From: a virus
Taxonomy: Duplodnaviria > Caudoviricetes
Length of the DNA stretch: 64,000 nt
Virus record (IMG/VR): IMGVR_UViG_3300009183_004565
Reading direction: 5' to 3' (one strand)
A program made the translations under genes and the position numbers. Below, in pieces: positions 37,799-46,287 of this stretch (position 1 is its first letter; each line of letters begins with the position of its first letter). The notes below the pieces were generated by a model. It was not told where the DNA came from. It worked only from the letters and a program-made list of their open reading frames with translations, and searched no databases.

Positions 37799-37829
37799 GA
37801 AAAGCGGGCTACGGTCCGCTTTTCTTTTA
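37799..37829 (+). terminator. Intrinsic terminator
   Basis: GAAAAGCGGGC-TACG-GTCCGCTTTTC followed by T run. Confidence 0.7.
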
Positions 37830-38137
37830 TAGGATACTGTAATGGGTAGTGAACAGTTGTACTTTGTAATTGGATTCTTGCTAGGCACTATCATCACAGG
37901 ATGTCTGTGTATGATAGGGTTTATCGTGTGGCATGAATGGTTTTATCGACCACCGCAGCAGGAAGAATAGTGTCAGTGTATGTTTGGACATTGGTAGTTT
38001 TTATATATGCTGATGGAGTATGGCGTGATTGGCGCAGCTACAATCGTCTTGAAGAATGTTTAGAAGCAGCTCATGTTATATCGTATCGTAGAGCAGATGT
38101 ACTTGACGTTAAATGTGAGCGTAGAGAAGTAAAATAA

Positions 38138-38444
38138 GAATTGTTGTAATTCCTTTAAAGCAAAGGCATGTTGGACGGGGTTTCGATACCCCCATCTCCA
38201 CCAGAAGCACATTATGGAGTTACCCGCTACACTACTAAAGGATCGCTACCTTTAGTAATATACAACGTGTGGTAGTGTGTTTCTGATGGGGATGAATTGG
38301 TTTCGACAGCGTGAGATAGTAGAGAAGGCAACACGGTAGGCGATCTCCGTAAAAGAAGCAAAACTCGTAACTGCAAACGATAGTTACTACGCAATGGCCG
38401 CTTGAGCCAAAGCCGGGGGTAGCGCCTTGTTAACCAATAGCTAG
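38138..38444 (+). ncRNA. ssrA: Circularly permuted (two-piece) tmRNA; tag ANDSYYAMAA
   Basis: T-arm and CATCTCC-A-CCA (38177-38203) precede GGGGATG (38288-38294), forming a 7-bp acceptor stem with G3.U70; tag ORF 38373-38405 after TAACT resume motif; 5' boundary approximate. Confidence 0.9.
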
Positions 38445-38469
38445 AATAGGACCTTCGGGTCCTATTTTT
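38445..38469 (+). terminator. Intrinsic terminator after tmRNA
   Basis: AATAGGACC-TTCG-GGTCCTATT-TTT. Confidence 0.85.
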
Positions 38470-38514
38470 GTTTTAGATGTCTAATAGATAAATAGCTAAA
38501 ACGGAGAAAACACC

Positions 38515-38871
38515 ATGGCACAATTGTTTATACTACCTAAATCTGTTCTGCAATACAATGAGCAATCAATTCGGGTCGATTTCTGGGAATGGGCCCAAAT
38601 GACATTATCCACGGCACAATTAGAAGAATTCGAACAGGAAATAAACAGTCATTATTCCTATATAGCGGGATTAATTGAATCCAATAGATATCAAAATGTT
38701 GATTTTGAAGTGTTGCCCAATGGCGACAATTGTGAAGCATTTGTTCTACCTGGTGCCCCTACTGATATTCCCGAAACAGATGCAGCCCGATTAAAATGGG
38801 AAGCAATTTTTGCAGCCGACCCAAATGTTACCTATAGCGGTTCCATGTTTACCTATGTTCGAGATGTCTGA
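38515..38871 (+). CDS. Hypothetical protein
   Basis: TAAATA at 38489, GGAG SD. Confidence 0.6.
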   Translation: MAQLFILPKSVLQYNEQSIRVDFWEWAQMTLSTAQLEEFEQEINSHYSYIAGLIESNRYQNVDFEVLPNGDNCEAFVLPGAPTDIPETDAARLKWEAIFAADPNVTYSGSMFTYVRDV

Positions 38872-38879
38872 TAGTCATT

Positions 38880-39821
38880 ATGGCTATTGGATTAGAACTA
38901 GTCACTAGATCAAATAATTCTAATATTGTTATAGAGTTACTATCAAATAATTTTATTCATGATTTTGTTGTCCAATTAAAACGAAATCATGAATTATATC
39001 CCATAAATTCCTTTAAAGAAATAATACGACCCAAATCTGTAGTACCTTGGAACCAAAAAACAATAGACCAGCTGACAGAAGTTTTTAAAAAAACAATTCG
39101 CGATCTCAACGCATTAGGAGTTTCTTTTCCAGTTACAGAAAATGAAATCATTATTGCCAATAATGCGTATACCAGGGATTTGCTTAATCGATTACACAGA
39201 CATTTTACAACAAGTCATAATAGTGGAAATACTTGGAAGTATGGATCAGACCTGAATTTTGTTGTTCCGGAATCTAAATCAGATGAATGGAAAAAATTAA
39301 TACATGATATAAATCATGCTGTACACGAAATAGAAGTTTATGTTATGACTGAACATATACAAACATTTAAATCGTTATATTTTGAGTATCAAGTAATATT
39401 TGACAGATCAAGCCCAAAGCGTAATGACATGATTCCAGTAGTCACTGGTTACGATCCAAATGGCGGTTATTTTCAAGAACTCAAACAAGAACATAAACAA
39501 TATTTTTCTGACGCACTCGAATACGATGTTTGGTTAACTTTGGATCAAGTGCAAGGAAAAAACTATCACAGATGTTATTTTGAAATGGATGATCCAAGAG
39601 AATGGGATATTGACACTCACGTGGTGTACAGTGGCAGTTTATCATTGACTGATCGTGCTGTAGCCAAGGATCCTCAAATAACCAAATGGTTAAAATCCTA
39701 CGGAATTGAACCTGGCCCGGAACATTGCGGTATGCCAATTGGTAATATTGTCGAAGGAAAAGAAGCAGTCCTGTCTCTAAGAGATCAATCAATTGTTGAT
39801 ATCATAATACACGAAAGTTAA
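38880..39821 (+). CDS. Hypothetical protein
   Basis: 313-aa ORF, no recognised motif. Confidence 0.6.
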   Translation: MAIGLELVTRSNNSNIVIELLSNNFIHDFVVQLKRNHELYPINSFKEIIRPKSVVPWNQKTIDQLTEVFKKTIRDLNALGVSFPVTENEIIIANNAYTRDLLNRLHRHFTTSHNSGNTWKYGSDLNFVVPESKSDEWKKLIHDINHAVHEIEVYVMTEHIQTFKSLYFEYQVIFDRSSPKRNDMIPVVTGYDPNGGYFQELKQEHKQYFSDALEYDVWLTLDQVQGKNYHRCYFEMDDPREWDIDTHVVYSGSLSLTDRAVAKDPQITKWLKSYGIEPGPEHCGMPIGNIVEGKEAVLSLRDQSIVDIIIHES

Positions 39822-39863
39822 ACATCTCTTGCTCTAAATTGAGCTTTTTGCTATAATAAGAGC

Positions 39864-40271
39864 ATGAAAACTCAATTTCAATCTCCCAATCCTGGTTGTA
39901 AAGTTGCTATTACTTTTGAGCTCAATAGCTATGTGCTGGGGCACGAAGGACCTGTTGCTACAACTGTAACAGGCATTGTTGATTCAGCAACTCGATTCAC
40001 CCCACCTAACTTTGTTAGAATCGTGACAGATTTTGATAGCCCTGTGCGTATTCGAGAAATTCCACTAGACCGTATAACTGAAATTAAATACGCAGACGGA
40101 GGAGTTGGTGAGAAGGTACTTGCAAAAGATGCCCCAAAGACCTGGGTGGTAGAAGGTAGCAAGGGATCCAAATATACTGTGGTACGATCTAAGAATATTT
40201 GGACTTGCACTTGCCCAGGTTTCCAATTTCGTAAATCTTGTCGACATGTGACGGAGTTAAAAGACTTATGA
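39864..40271 (+). CDS. SWIM zinc-finger protein
   Basis: WTCTCPGFQFRKSCRH. Confidence 0.75.
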   Translation: MKTQFQSPNPGCKVAITFELNSYVLGHEGPVATTVTGIVDSATRFTPPNFVRIVTDFDSPVRIREIPLDRITEIKYADGGVGEKVLAKDAPKTWVVEGSKGSKYTVVRSKNIWTCTCPGFQFRKSCRHVTELKDL

Positions 40272-40289
40272 TATTACAAAGGATCAATT

Positions 40290-40523
40290 ATGGAACGCAA
40301 GGCATTAAAAGAATTATTGTATGGCGGTATTGAAGAATTGTTACAGAACAGTAGATATTATTATCAGAGTTCTATAGGCCCAGGGTATAGTCATTTTACC
40401 GACGAAGGTAAGCGAAATCTCAATGAGTTTCTAGATATAGTTGCACATGAAATGAAGAAATGTCGTGATGCAGAAGATGAGCAACGCAGTCGAGAACTAG
40501 TTATAAAGGAACTTACACAATGA
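40290..40523 (+). CDS. Hypothetical protein
   Basis: AAAGGA SD. Confidence 0.55.
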   Translation: MERKALKELLYGGIEELLQNSRYYYQSSIGPGYSHFTDEGKRNLNEFLDIVAHEMKKCRDAEDEQRSRELVIKELTQ

Positions 40524-40670
40524 CACTAGACGAGGCAGTCGTACAATTGCATAATGTAGCAAGAACATTGGAACAAGAAATTGGTCGCGGGCAACTAAGC
40601 GATGACATTAGAGACTGTGCGGACCGATTGCACAGGTTAGCACGATACGATTACATTAAGAAAGAAGAAG

Positions 40671-40931
40671 ATGGAATACAATAGAGACAATATTGCAGAC
40701 ATGCTGCGCGAAAGTGTATGCGAAGTTACCTTTACTAAAATTAATGGCGAATCAAGAACCATGCCTTGTACACTAAAAGCAGATCTAGTGCCTCCGGTCA
40801 ATGTCAAAGAATTGCGAGAAGAAAGAACTCGTAAGCCAAACCCAGATAATTTAAGTGTATGGTGCACGGATAAGAACGAATGGCGTAGTTTTAAAATTGC
40901 CAATGTTACTCGGGTAGAACGAATTGGATAA
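40671..40931 (+). CDS. WYL_2/DUF2693-like small SH3/Sm-fold protein
   Basis: VTFTKINGESRTMPCTL...VWCTDKNEWRSFK. Confidence 0.65.
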   Translation: MEYNRDNIADMLRESVCEVTFTKINGESRTMPCTLKADLVPPVNVKELREERTRKPNPDNLSVWCTDKNEWRSFKIANVTRVERIG

Positions 40932-41103
40932 GACTTGGACTATAACACTAGAAGAAGATCCTGAGACTGGAGAACTAATTCTACCATTCCCGCCTGACCT
41001 ATTAGCGGAATCCGGATGGAAAGAAGGTGACACTCTCGAGTGGATTGATCGCGGTGACGGCAGTTGGGGTTTGGAAAAACAAAAAGACAAAACGGACAAA
41101 TAA
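40924..41103 (+). CDS. AbrB/MazE-like small DNA-binding protein
   Basis: ELILPFPPDLL...GWKEGDTLEW; TTG start; not in track. Confidence 0.6.
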   Translation: MDKTWTITLEEDPETGELILPFPPDLLAESGWKEGDTLEWIDRGDGSWGLEKQKDKTDK

Positions 41104-41181
41104 ATTGTTGCTATTTCCTAAACGTTCGCATATAATAGATAAATGCTGTAGTACAGCATATCTATTTAGGAGATATTAAAG

Positions 41182-41451
41182 ATGTTTGATTTAAACACAA
41201 AACAAGGTAAGTTGTTCCGCGCTCTCGTCCTTGAAGGAGAGTCACTAACTGCTAGTCAGATTCAGAAGCGTTTTGGCATCAAGAATCCACGTGCTACCGT
41301 TAGCGAAATTCGTTACGCAGGTTTTCCTGTGTATGCTAACACCCGTAAAGCAGGCAACGGCGTTCGTGTAACTGAATACCGTCATGGCAAGGCAAGCCGC
41401 GCACTAGTCGCAGCAGGTTACAAAGCAATTGCAATGGGTCTAGTTGACTAA
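41182..41451 (+). CDS. Winged-helix DNA-binding protein
   Basis: LTASQI..RFGIKNPRATVSEIR..GFPVY; AGGAG SD. Confidence 0.6.
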   Translation: MFDLNTKQGKLFRALVLEGESLTASQIQKRFGIKNPRATVSEIRYAGFPVYANTRKAGNGVRVTEYRHGKASRALVAAGYKAIAMGLVD

Positions 41452-41471
41452 TTCTAGTTCAACTTTGTAGG

Positions 41472-41498
41472 AAAGGCAGCGCAATGCTGCCTTTTTTT
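41472..41498 (+). terminator. Intrinsic terminator
   Basis: AAAGGCAGC-GCAAT-GCTGCCTTT followed by T run. Confidence 0.75.
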
Positions 41499-41517
41499 AC
41501 GGCTAATAAATATCTGT

Positions 41518-41871
41518 ATGCATAGACGTATCTTTAACCTCGAGCGGGATCTACGCAGTACTTGGTGGTTAGTGGAAAAAGTACAAGCCAAAGATGCTTA
41601 CGCTCAACATTTATATGCCACCTTGTGCAACAACGAGTTTGCACCCCGGGACACTTGGGCTATCCTACAAAATATTAAATGGAGTTGTACCTGGCGCTAT
41701 GCTGGTGGTATTATAGCCGACATACGTGGCTCCGGCGACTACTTAGATTGGTACTGTTCGGGTATGTTTAATGATGGAATAATTGACTGGGAAATGGCCG
41801 AAGAAGGTGTTGTGTACCCAGAAATTGAAGAGGACATCAATAACATAGGTTGGTTAGTTATAACCAAATAA
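41518..41871 (+). CDS. Hypothetical protein
   Basis: WSCTWRYAGG..ADIR..GDYLDWYCSG; TAAATA 5 nt before ATG. Confidence 0.6.
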   Translation: MHRRIFNLERDLRSTWWLVEKVQAKDAYAQHLYATLCNNEFAPRDTWAILQNIKWSCTWRYAGGIIADIRGSGDYLDWYCSGMFNDGIIDWEMAEEGVVYPEIEEDINNIGWLVITK

Positions 41872-41897
41872 AAAAAGAGCCCCTAAGGGCTCTTTCT
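41870..41897. terminator. Bidirectional terminator between convergent genes
   Basis: AAAGAGCCC-CTAA-GGGCTCTTT with A/T tails on both sides. Confidence 0.7.
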
Positions 41898-41938
41898 TAT
41901 ATGTAGTAATTGTTCGATCCATGCAATGAATCGATTTA

Positions 41939-42586
41939 TTACTTTCCCAATAGGCTGTCAACCTTTGCTTCAACGATATTTAAACGTACTTCAACAGCAT
42001 CTAATGCTGGATCAGCGGGCATAACAACTGCGTCAGCAACTTGTTGCATTACTTCAGGAGCAACAGCGTCAACACCGGTTGCGGTAGCGATAACACCAGA
42101 AACTGCAGCAACAATTTGCTCAACTACTTCTGGTGCTGGAGCTGGAGCATCAGCAACTGCTTGTACAATGGCTTCTGTTAAGGCTACTGGATCCATGACA
42201 ATCTCTGGATCGGCTGTAACAATAGCAGCAACAGCAGCAGCAACTACGTCAGACACCTGAGTATCTACTACTGATTCTGCGGCGTGTTGTTCAGCAATAA
42301 CATCGGCAACAATAGCAGCGGCTTCTGGAACTTCGGCGCTTGGTGATAGTGCAACTAGATCTTCAACTGCTACAGGTGCAGTCGCAGCCGGTGCAGCAAT
42401 AATTTCTTCAATATGTTTTTGAGTTTTTTCAGTAATTAATTGATCAACTTGAACTTCAACTACGGATAATCTTGCATCTAGTTCTTCAACGCTTGTGGCA
42501 TTGTTGGTGTTAACCGCGGTTCCGGTTAATGTTGCTAATTTAGCTTCGACAGCAACCAATCTTGCAGCCAGGTCTTCTAATCTCAT
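41939..42586 (-). CDS. Ala/Val/Glu-rich acidic protein with three short heptad motifs
   Basis: LAARLVAVEAKL, LDARLSVVEVQV, VEVRLNIVEAKV; AGGAG SD on minus strand. Confidence 0.7.
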   Translation of the reverse strand: MRLEDLAARLVAVEAKLATLTGTAVNTNNATSVEELDARLSVVEVQVDQLITEKTQKHIEEIIAAPAATAPVAVEDLVALSPSAEVPEAAAIVADVIAEQHAAESVVDTQVSDVVAAAVAAIVTADPEIVMDPVALTEAIVQAVADAPAPAPEVVEQIVAAVSGVIATATGVDAVAPEVMQQVADAVVMPADPALDAVEVRLNIVEAKVDSLLGK

Positions 42587-42640
42587 GAATAGCTCCTTTT
42601 AAGTTTTTTTGAGTTGGTGTACCATTTTGGAACACGCATG

Positions 42641-42675
42641 TACTTATCATTTGGGTCATTACATTATTGTTACAA
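42641..42675 (-). promoter_or_regulatory. Pho-box-like tandem repeat plus TAAGTA element (minus strand)
   Basis: TTGTAAC-N4-ATGTAAT, 11 nt gap, then TAAGTA. Confidence 0.5.
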
Positions 42676-42717
42676 ACTGCAAACTACGCCTAAATATTTT
42701 TTTACCAGATCCCTAAT

Positions 42718-42752
42718 TTGTAACACGCTTGTAATACTAGTGTGCTTAAATA
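42718..42752 (+). promoter_or_regulatory. Pho-box-like tandem repeat plus TAAATA upstream of pstS
   Basis: TTGTAAC-ACGC-TTGTAAT (11-bp period), 11 nt gap, then TAAATA. Confidence 0.6.
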
Positions 42753-42786
42753 TTCACTGTAACGAAATATTTCAAAGGAGAAATTA

Positions 42787-43812
42787 ATGAAGAAGTTTGT
42801 GACATTAGCAGCACTAGTATTTTCTACAGTAGTATCAGCAGCTGATTTAACAGGCGCTGGTGCAACTTTTCCCTACCCAATTTATGCCAAATGGGCAGAA
42901 GCATATAAAGCAGCAACAGGTATAGGACTCAATTATCAATCCATCGGTTCAGGTGGTGGTATTCGTCAAATCAAAGCCAAGACAGTGGACTTTGGTGCCA
43001 GTGATATGCCATTGAAAGTAGAGGAATTAGACAAAGAAGGCTTAATGCAATTCCCCGCAATCATTGGTGGTGTTGTTCCGGTATTCAACCTTGATGGTGT
43101 ACAACCTGGTGAATTGAAACTGACCAGTGATGTAATCGCTAATATTCATCTAGGTAAAATTACCAAATGGAATGATCGAGCAATTGCTGAATTGAATCCT
43201 GGTGTCACACTACCAGCAATCAATATCACTGTTGTGCATCGTGCAGATGGCTCAGGCACAACATTCATTTGGACAAACTATCTGAGCAAAGTAAACGCCG
43301 ACTTTAAGAATACTGTAGGCGAAGGCTCTGCTGTGAAATGGCCAACTGGTGTAGGCGGCAAAGGTAACGAAGGTGTTGCGGCCAACGTTCAACGTGTCAA
43401 AGGCGCTTTTGGTTACGTGGAATATGCCTACGCCAAGAAAAACAAAATTGCGTATGCACAATTGAAAAATCGTGATGGTAACTTTGTACAACCAAGTGAT
43501 GATACATTTAAAGCAGCCGCAGCAGGTGCTGATTGGAACAATGCTCCAGGAATGTATTTGTTACTGACAAACCAAACTGGCAAAGATTCATGGCCAGCAA
43601 CTGGTGCCAGTTTTATCATAATGCACAAGCAACAAGCAGATGCTTTAACTGGTCGTGCTATTCTAAAATTCTTTGATTGGTCGTATAAAAACGGCGCCAA
43701 GATGAGTGAAGATTTGGAATATGTACACATGCCTCAGTCAGTTATCAAGTTAGTTCAAGATAACTGGAAAAAAGAACTCAAAGGACCAGACGGTCAATCA
43801 ATTTGGAAATAA
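42787..43812 (+). CDS. pstS: Phosphate ABC transporter substrate-binding protein PstS
   Basis: GAGATFPYP, YQSIGSGGGI, DFGASD, RADGSGTT, GGKGNEG. Confidence 0.97.
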   Translation: MKKFVTLAALVFSTVVSAADLTGAGATFPYPIYAKWAEAYKAATGIGLNYQSIGSGGGIRQIKAKTVDFGASDMPLKVEELDKEGLMQFPAIIGGVVPVFNLDGVQPGELKLTSDVIANIHLGKITKWNDRAIAELNPGVTLPAINITVVHRADGSGTTFIWTNYLSKVNADFKNTVGEGSAVKWPTGVGGKGNEGVAANVQRVKGAFGYVEYAYAKKNKIAYAQLKNRDGNFVQPSDDTFKAAAAGADWNNAPGMYLLLTNQTGKDSWPATGASFIIMHKQQADALTGRAILKFFDWSYKNGAKMSEDLEYVHMPQSVIKLVQDNWKKELKGPDGQSIWK

Positions 43813-43817
43813 ATCAT

Positions 43818-43856
43818 TTGACATACTCTAACACTTTTAATATAGTGTTAGAGTAT
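43818..43856 (+). promoter_or_regulatory. TTGACA-17-TATAGT promoter inside a 13-bp perfect inverted repeat
   Basis: ATACTCTAACACT (43823-35) / AGTGTTAGAGTAT (43844-56). Confidence 0.6.
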
Positions 43857-43875
43857 CAACATAAAGGAAAATGTA

Positions 43876-45291
43876 ATGAAACAATTTAAAATACTAACAG
43901 CGGCTCTGGCAATAGCTATGATGTTTGCTGGCGCAGCACAAGCAGATGAGTACACTGACACGTTAGATATTCTTTTACAAAAAGGAATTCTCACCAAGCA
44001 AGAACACGCTGCCAAAATTGAAGCACATAAAGATCGCTTGGAAAACAAAGAATTCCAATCATCTAGAATTGACAAAGATGTTAAAGACAACAACAACTAT
44101 CGTTTGAGCAAAGTGAATGATGGCGCTGTAATGGAAAATGGTCTTGGGATCAAATCAAAAGATGGCAATACCACAGCACAGTTTACTGGTCGTATTCATA
44201 TGGACTATAGAAGTTATACTCAAACATTTAGTTCTGGTCAAAGCACTGATCCATATCAAGACACACTAGAAGTTCGTCGTGGACGTTTTGGTGTACGTGG
44301 ACAGATTGCCAAAGACTTCAAATATCTGCTACTAGCAAACTTTGGTAACGATGCTGGCGCAAGTTCAACTACATCAACAATTGATGAGTTTTGGTTTAAC
44401 TATGCCGCTATCACAGAAGCACAACTACAAGTTGGTACATTCAAGATGCCTTTCAGTCTTGAACAGTTGACCAGTTCCAACAACATTGACTTTATGGAAC
44501 GTAGCCTGATTGGTCAGACCGAAGGCGAATTTATTCCTGCCAAAGAAACTGGTGTGATGCTGCATGGTATTCCTAGAACAGGATTCACCTATGCGTTGGC
44601 ACTAAGTCGTGGTCGTGCTAACAAGAGTACTACAGTTGATGGTGTAGATGTTATTGGTCGTGTGACTACAAACGTTGCAGAAGTAATTCAGAACAAAGAC
44701 TTTGTAGCACACTTAGGTGCAGCATACAGCACAGGCAATGTCAAAACAGGTGTTGCTCCCGCTAGTGGTCGTACTGAAGGACGTCAACAAAGTGCATGGT
44801 TCACAGGTTCATCTGCAATGAGTGGTGATACTGCACGAACACGCCAGGGCATTGAAGCAGCATTTGCCTGGAAGGGTTTGAAAGTACAGGGTGAGCAATT
44901 CGTCTTTAACTACGATCCTGCTACAGGAACAGACAAAGAGATCAAGGGTCACTATGTTCAAGCAATTTATAACATCACAGGTGAGAGTCACAACTACAAA
45001 GATGGCGTATTTGGTTGGATCAAACCTAACTCTGCTTTCACAAGTGGTGGCAGAGGCGCATGGCAAGTTGGCGTAAGAGCCAGTGAGTTTAATGCCGAAG
45101 ATATTACAGTTGCAACTGGTAAAGCAAATCTAGCAACGTCATTGACTTACGGTATTACTTGGTTTCTGAATGACAATGTACGCATAATGGCAAACTATGT
45201 TGACACCAAATTCAACAAACCAGTTGGTACATCTGGTGCCCGTGTAGATGGTGAACAGGCAGTTATGCTCAGAGGTCAGATCAGTTTCTAA
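43876..45291 (+). CDS. Phosphate-selective porin OprO/OprP family
   Basis: Signal peptide, LLQKGILT periplasmic motif, RRGRFG, GTFKMPFSLEQLTS, FMERS, C-terminal RGQISF. Confidence 0.88.
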   Translation: MKQFKILTAALAIAMMFAGAAQADEYTDTLDILLQKGILTKQEHAAKIEAHKDRLENKEFQSSRIDKDVKDNNNYRLSKVNDGAVMENGLGIKSKDGNTTAQFTGRIHMDYRSYTQTFSSGQSTDPYQDTLEVRRGRFGVRGQIAKDFKYLLLANFGNDAGASSTTSTIDEFWFNYAAITEAQLQVGTFKMPFSLEQLTSSNNIDFMERSLIGQTEGEFIPAKETGVMLHGIPRTGFTYALALSRGRANKSTTVDGVDVIGRVTTNVAEVIQNKDFVAHLGAAYSTGNVKTGVAPASGRTEGRQQSAWFTGSSAMSGDTARTRQGIEAAFAWKGLKVQGEQFVFNYDPATGTDKEIKGHYVQAIYNITGESHNYKDGVFGWIKPNSAFTSGGRGAWQVGVRASEFNAEDITVATGKANLATSLTYGITWFLNDNVRIMANYVDTKFNKPVGTSGARVDGEQAVMLRGQISF

Positions 45292-45310
45292 TTTCAAAAT
45301 TAGAACAAAT

Positions 45311-45334
45311 AAAAGGCACTTAGGTGCCTTTTTT
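45311..45334 (+). terminator. Intrinsic terminator
   Basis: AAAAGGCAC-TTAG-GTGCCTTTT. Confidence 0.75.
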
Positions 45335-45340
45335 TACGAC

Positions 45341-45376
45341 TTTGTAATGGATTTGTAATCTTGCAAACCTTAAATA
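45341..45376 (+). promoter_or_regulatory. Pho-box-like tandem repeat plus TAAATA upstream of plcP-like gene
   Basis: TTGTAAT-GGAT-TTGTAAT (11-bp period), 12 nt gap, then TAAATA. Confidence 0.6.
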
Positions 45377-45381
45377 ATTAT

Positions 45382-46227
45382 ATGAGCAAGACCTATCGTA
45401 GTATTTTTATCAGTGATATACACCTTGGTACTAAAGACTGTAAGGCTGTTGAGCTAAACAATTTTTTAAAAAATAATACCTGTAACACGTTATATCTTGT
45501 TGGTGATATTATAGATGCATGGAAAATAAAACAGAACAAGTGGCGTTGGAAACAAAGTCATACAAATGTTATACGCCGCATACTGGGTCATGCCAAAAGA
45601 GATACTCGTATTATATATGTACTAGGTAATCACGATGAGTTTTTAAGACCGTTCCTGCAATACAATTTAAATTTTGGAATGGTAGAGTTACATAACCAAT
45701 ACGAGCATATAGGTGCCGACGGTAAACATTATCTAGTCACACACGGTGACCTGTTTGATGGTATTACTAGACTGGCACCTTGGCTTAGTATATTAGGAGA
45801 CAAAGCATATGATTTCATACTTACTCTCAATTCTAGATTCAATTGGCTCCGTCATAGACTTGGCTTTGGTTATTGGAGTCTTAGCCTTTATCTTAAACAA
45901 CGGGTTAAACGAGCTTTAGACTTTATATTCCAGTTTGAAAGAAATCTAGCCGCATACTGTAAAAAGCGTGGATTTGATGGTGTCATATGCGGACACATAC
46001 ATCACGCAGAAATCAAAGAAATAGATGGTGTAGTATACATGAACGACGGTGACTGGGTTGAGTCAATGACAGCATTAGTAGAACATCATAACGGTCGTTG
46101 GGAAATCATAACTTGGACGCAGGAGAAGGATGATGTGGTTGATGATATTGATGGCAGTACACATAAACGATCCACGGGACGTTCCAGCAAAAATGACCTT
46201 GGAGTTCCCGGATCAACAGACGTGTGA
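45382..46227 (+). CDS. Metallophosphoesterase, LpxH/PlcP (phospholipase C)-like
   Basis: SDIHLG, GDIID, GNHD, HGD, CGHIH, NDGDW. Confidence 0.85.
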   Translation: MSKTYRSIFISDIHLGTKDCKAVELNNFLKNNTCNTLYLVGDIIDAWKIKQNKWRWKQSHTNVIRRILGHAKRDTRIIYVLGNHDEFLRPFLQYNLNFGMVELHNQYEHIGADGKHYLVTHGDLFDGITRLAPWLSILGDKAYDFILTLNSRFNWLRHRLGFGYWSLSLYLKQRVKRALDFIFQFERNLAAYCKKRGFDGVICGHIHHAEIKEIDGVVYMNDGDWVESMTALVEHHNGRWEIITWTQEKDDVVDDIDGSTHKRSTGRSSKNDLGVPGSTDV

Positions 46228-46287
46228 ACAAAGTGCAAAGTCGATGACGTATTGGGTAAAATTTGAATCATTCAAGATTGATGTAAA

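Noticed and set aside
41939-42586. Gas vesicle protein
   Set aside because: Ala/Val-rich composition only; lacks GvpA/GvpJ signature motifs and a gvp cluster
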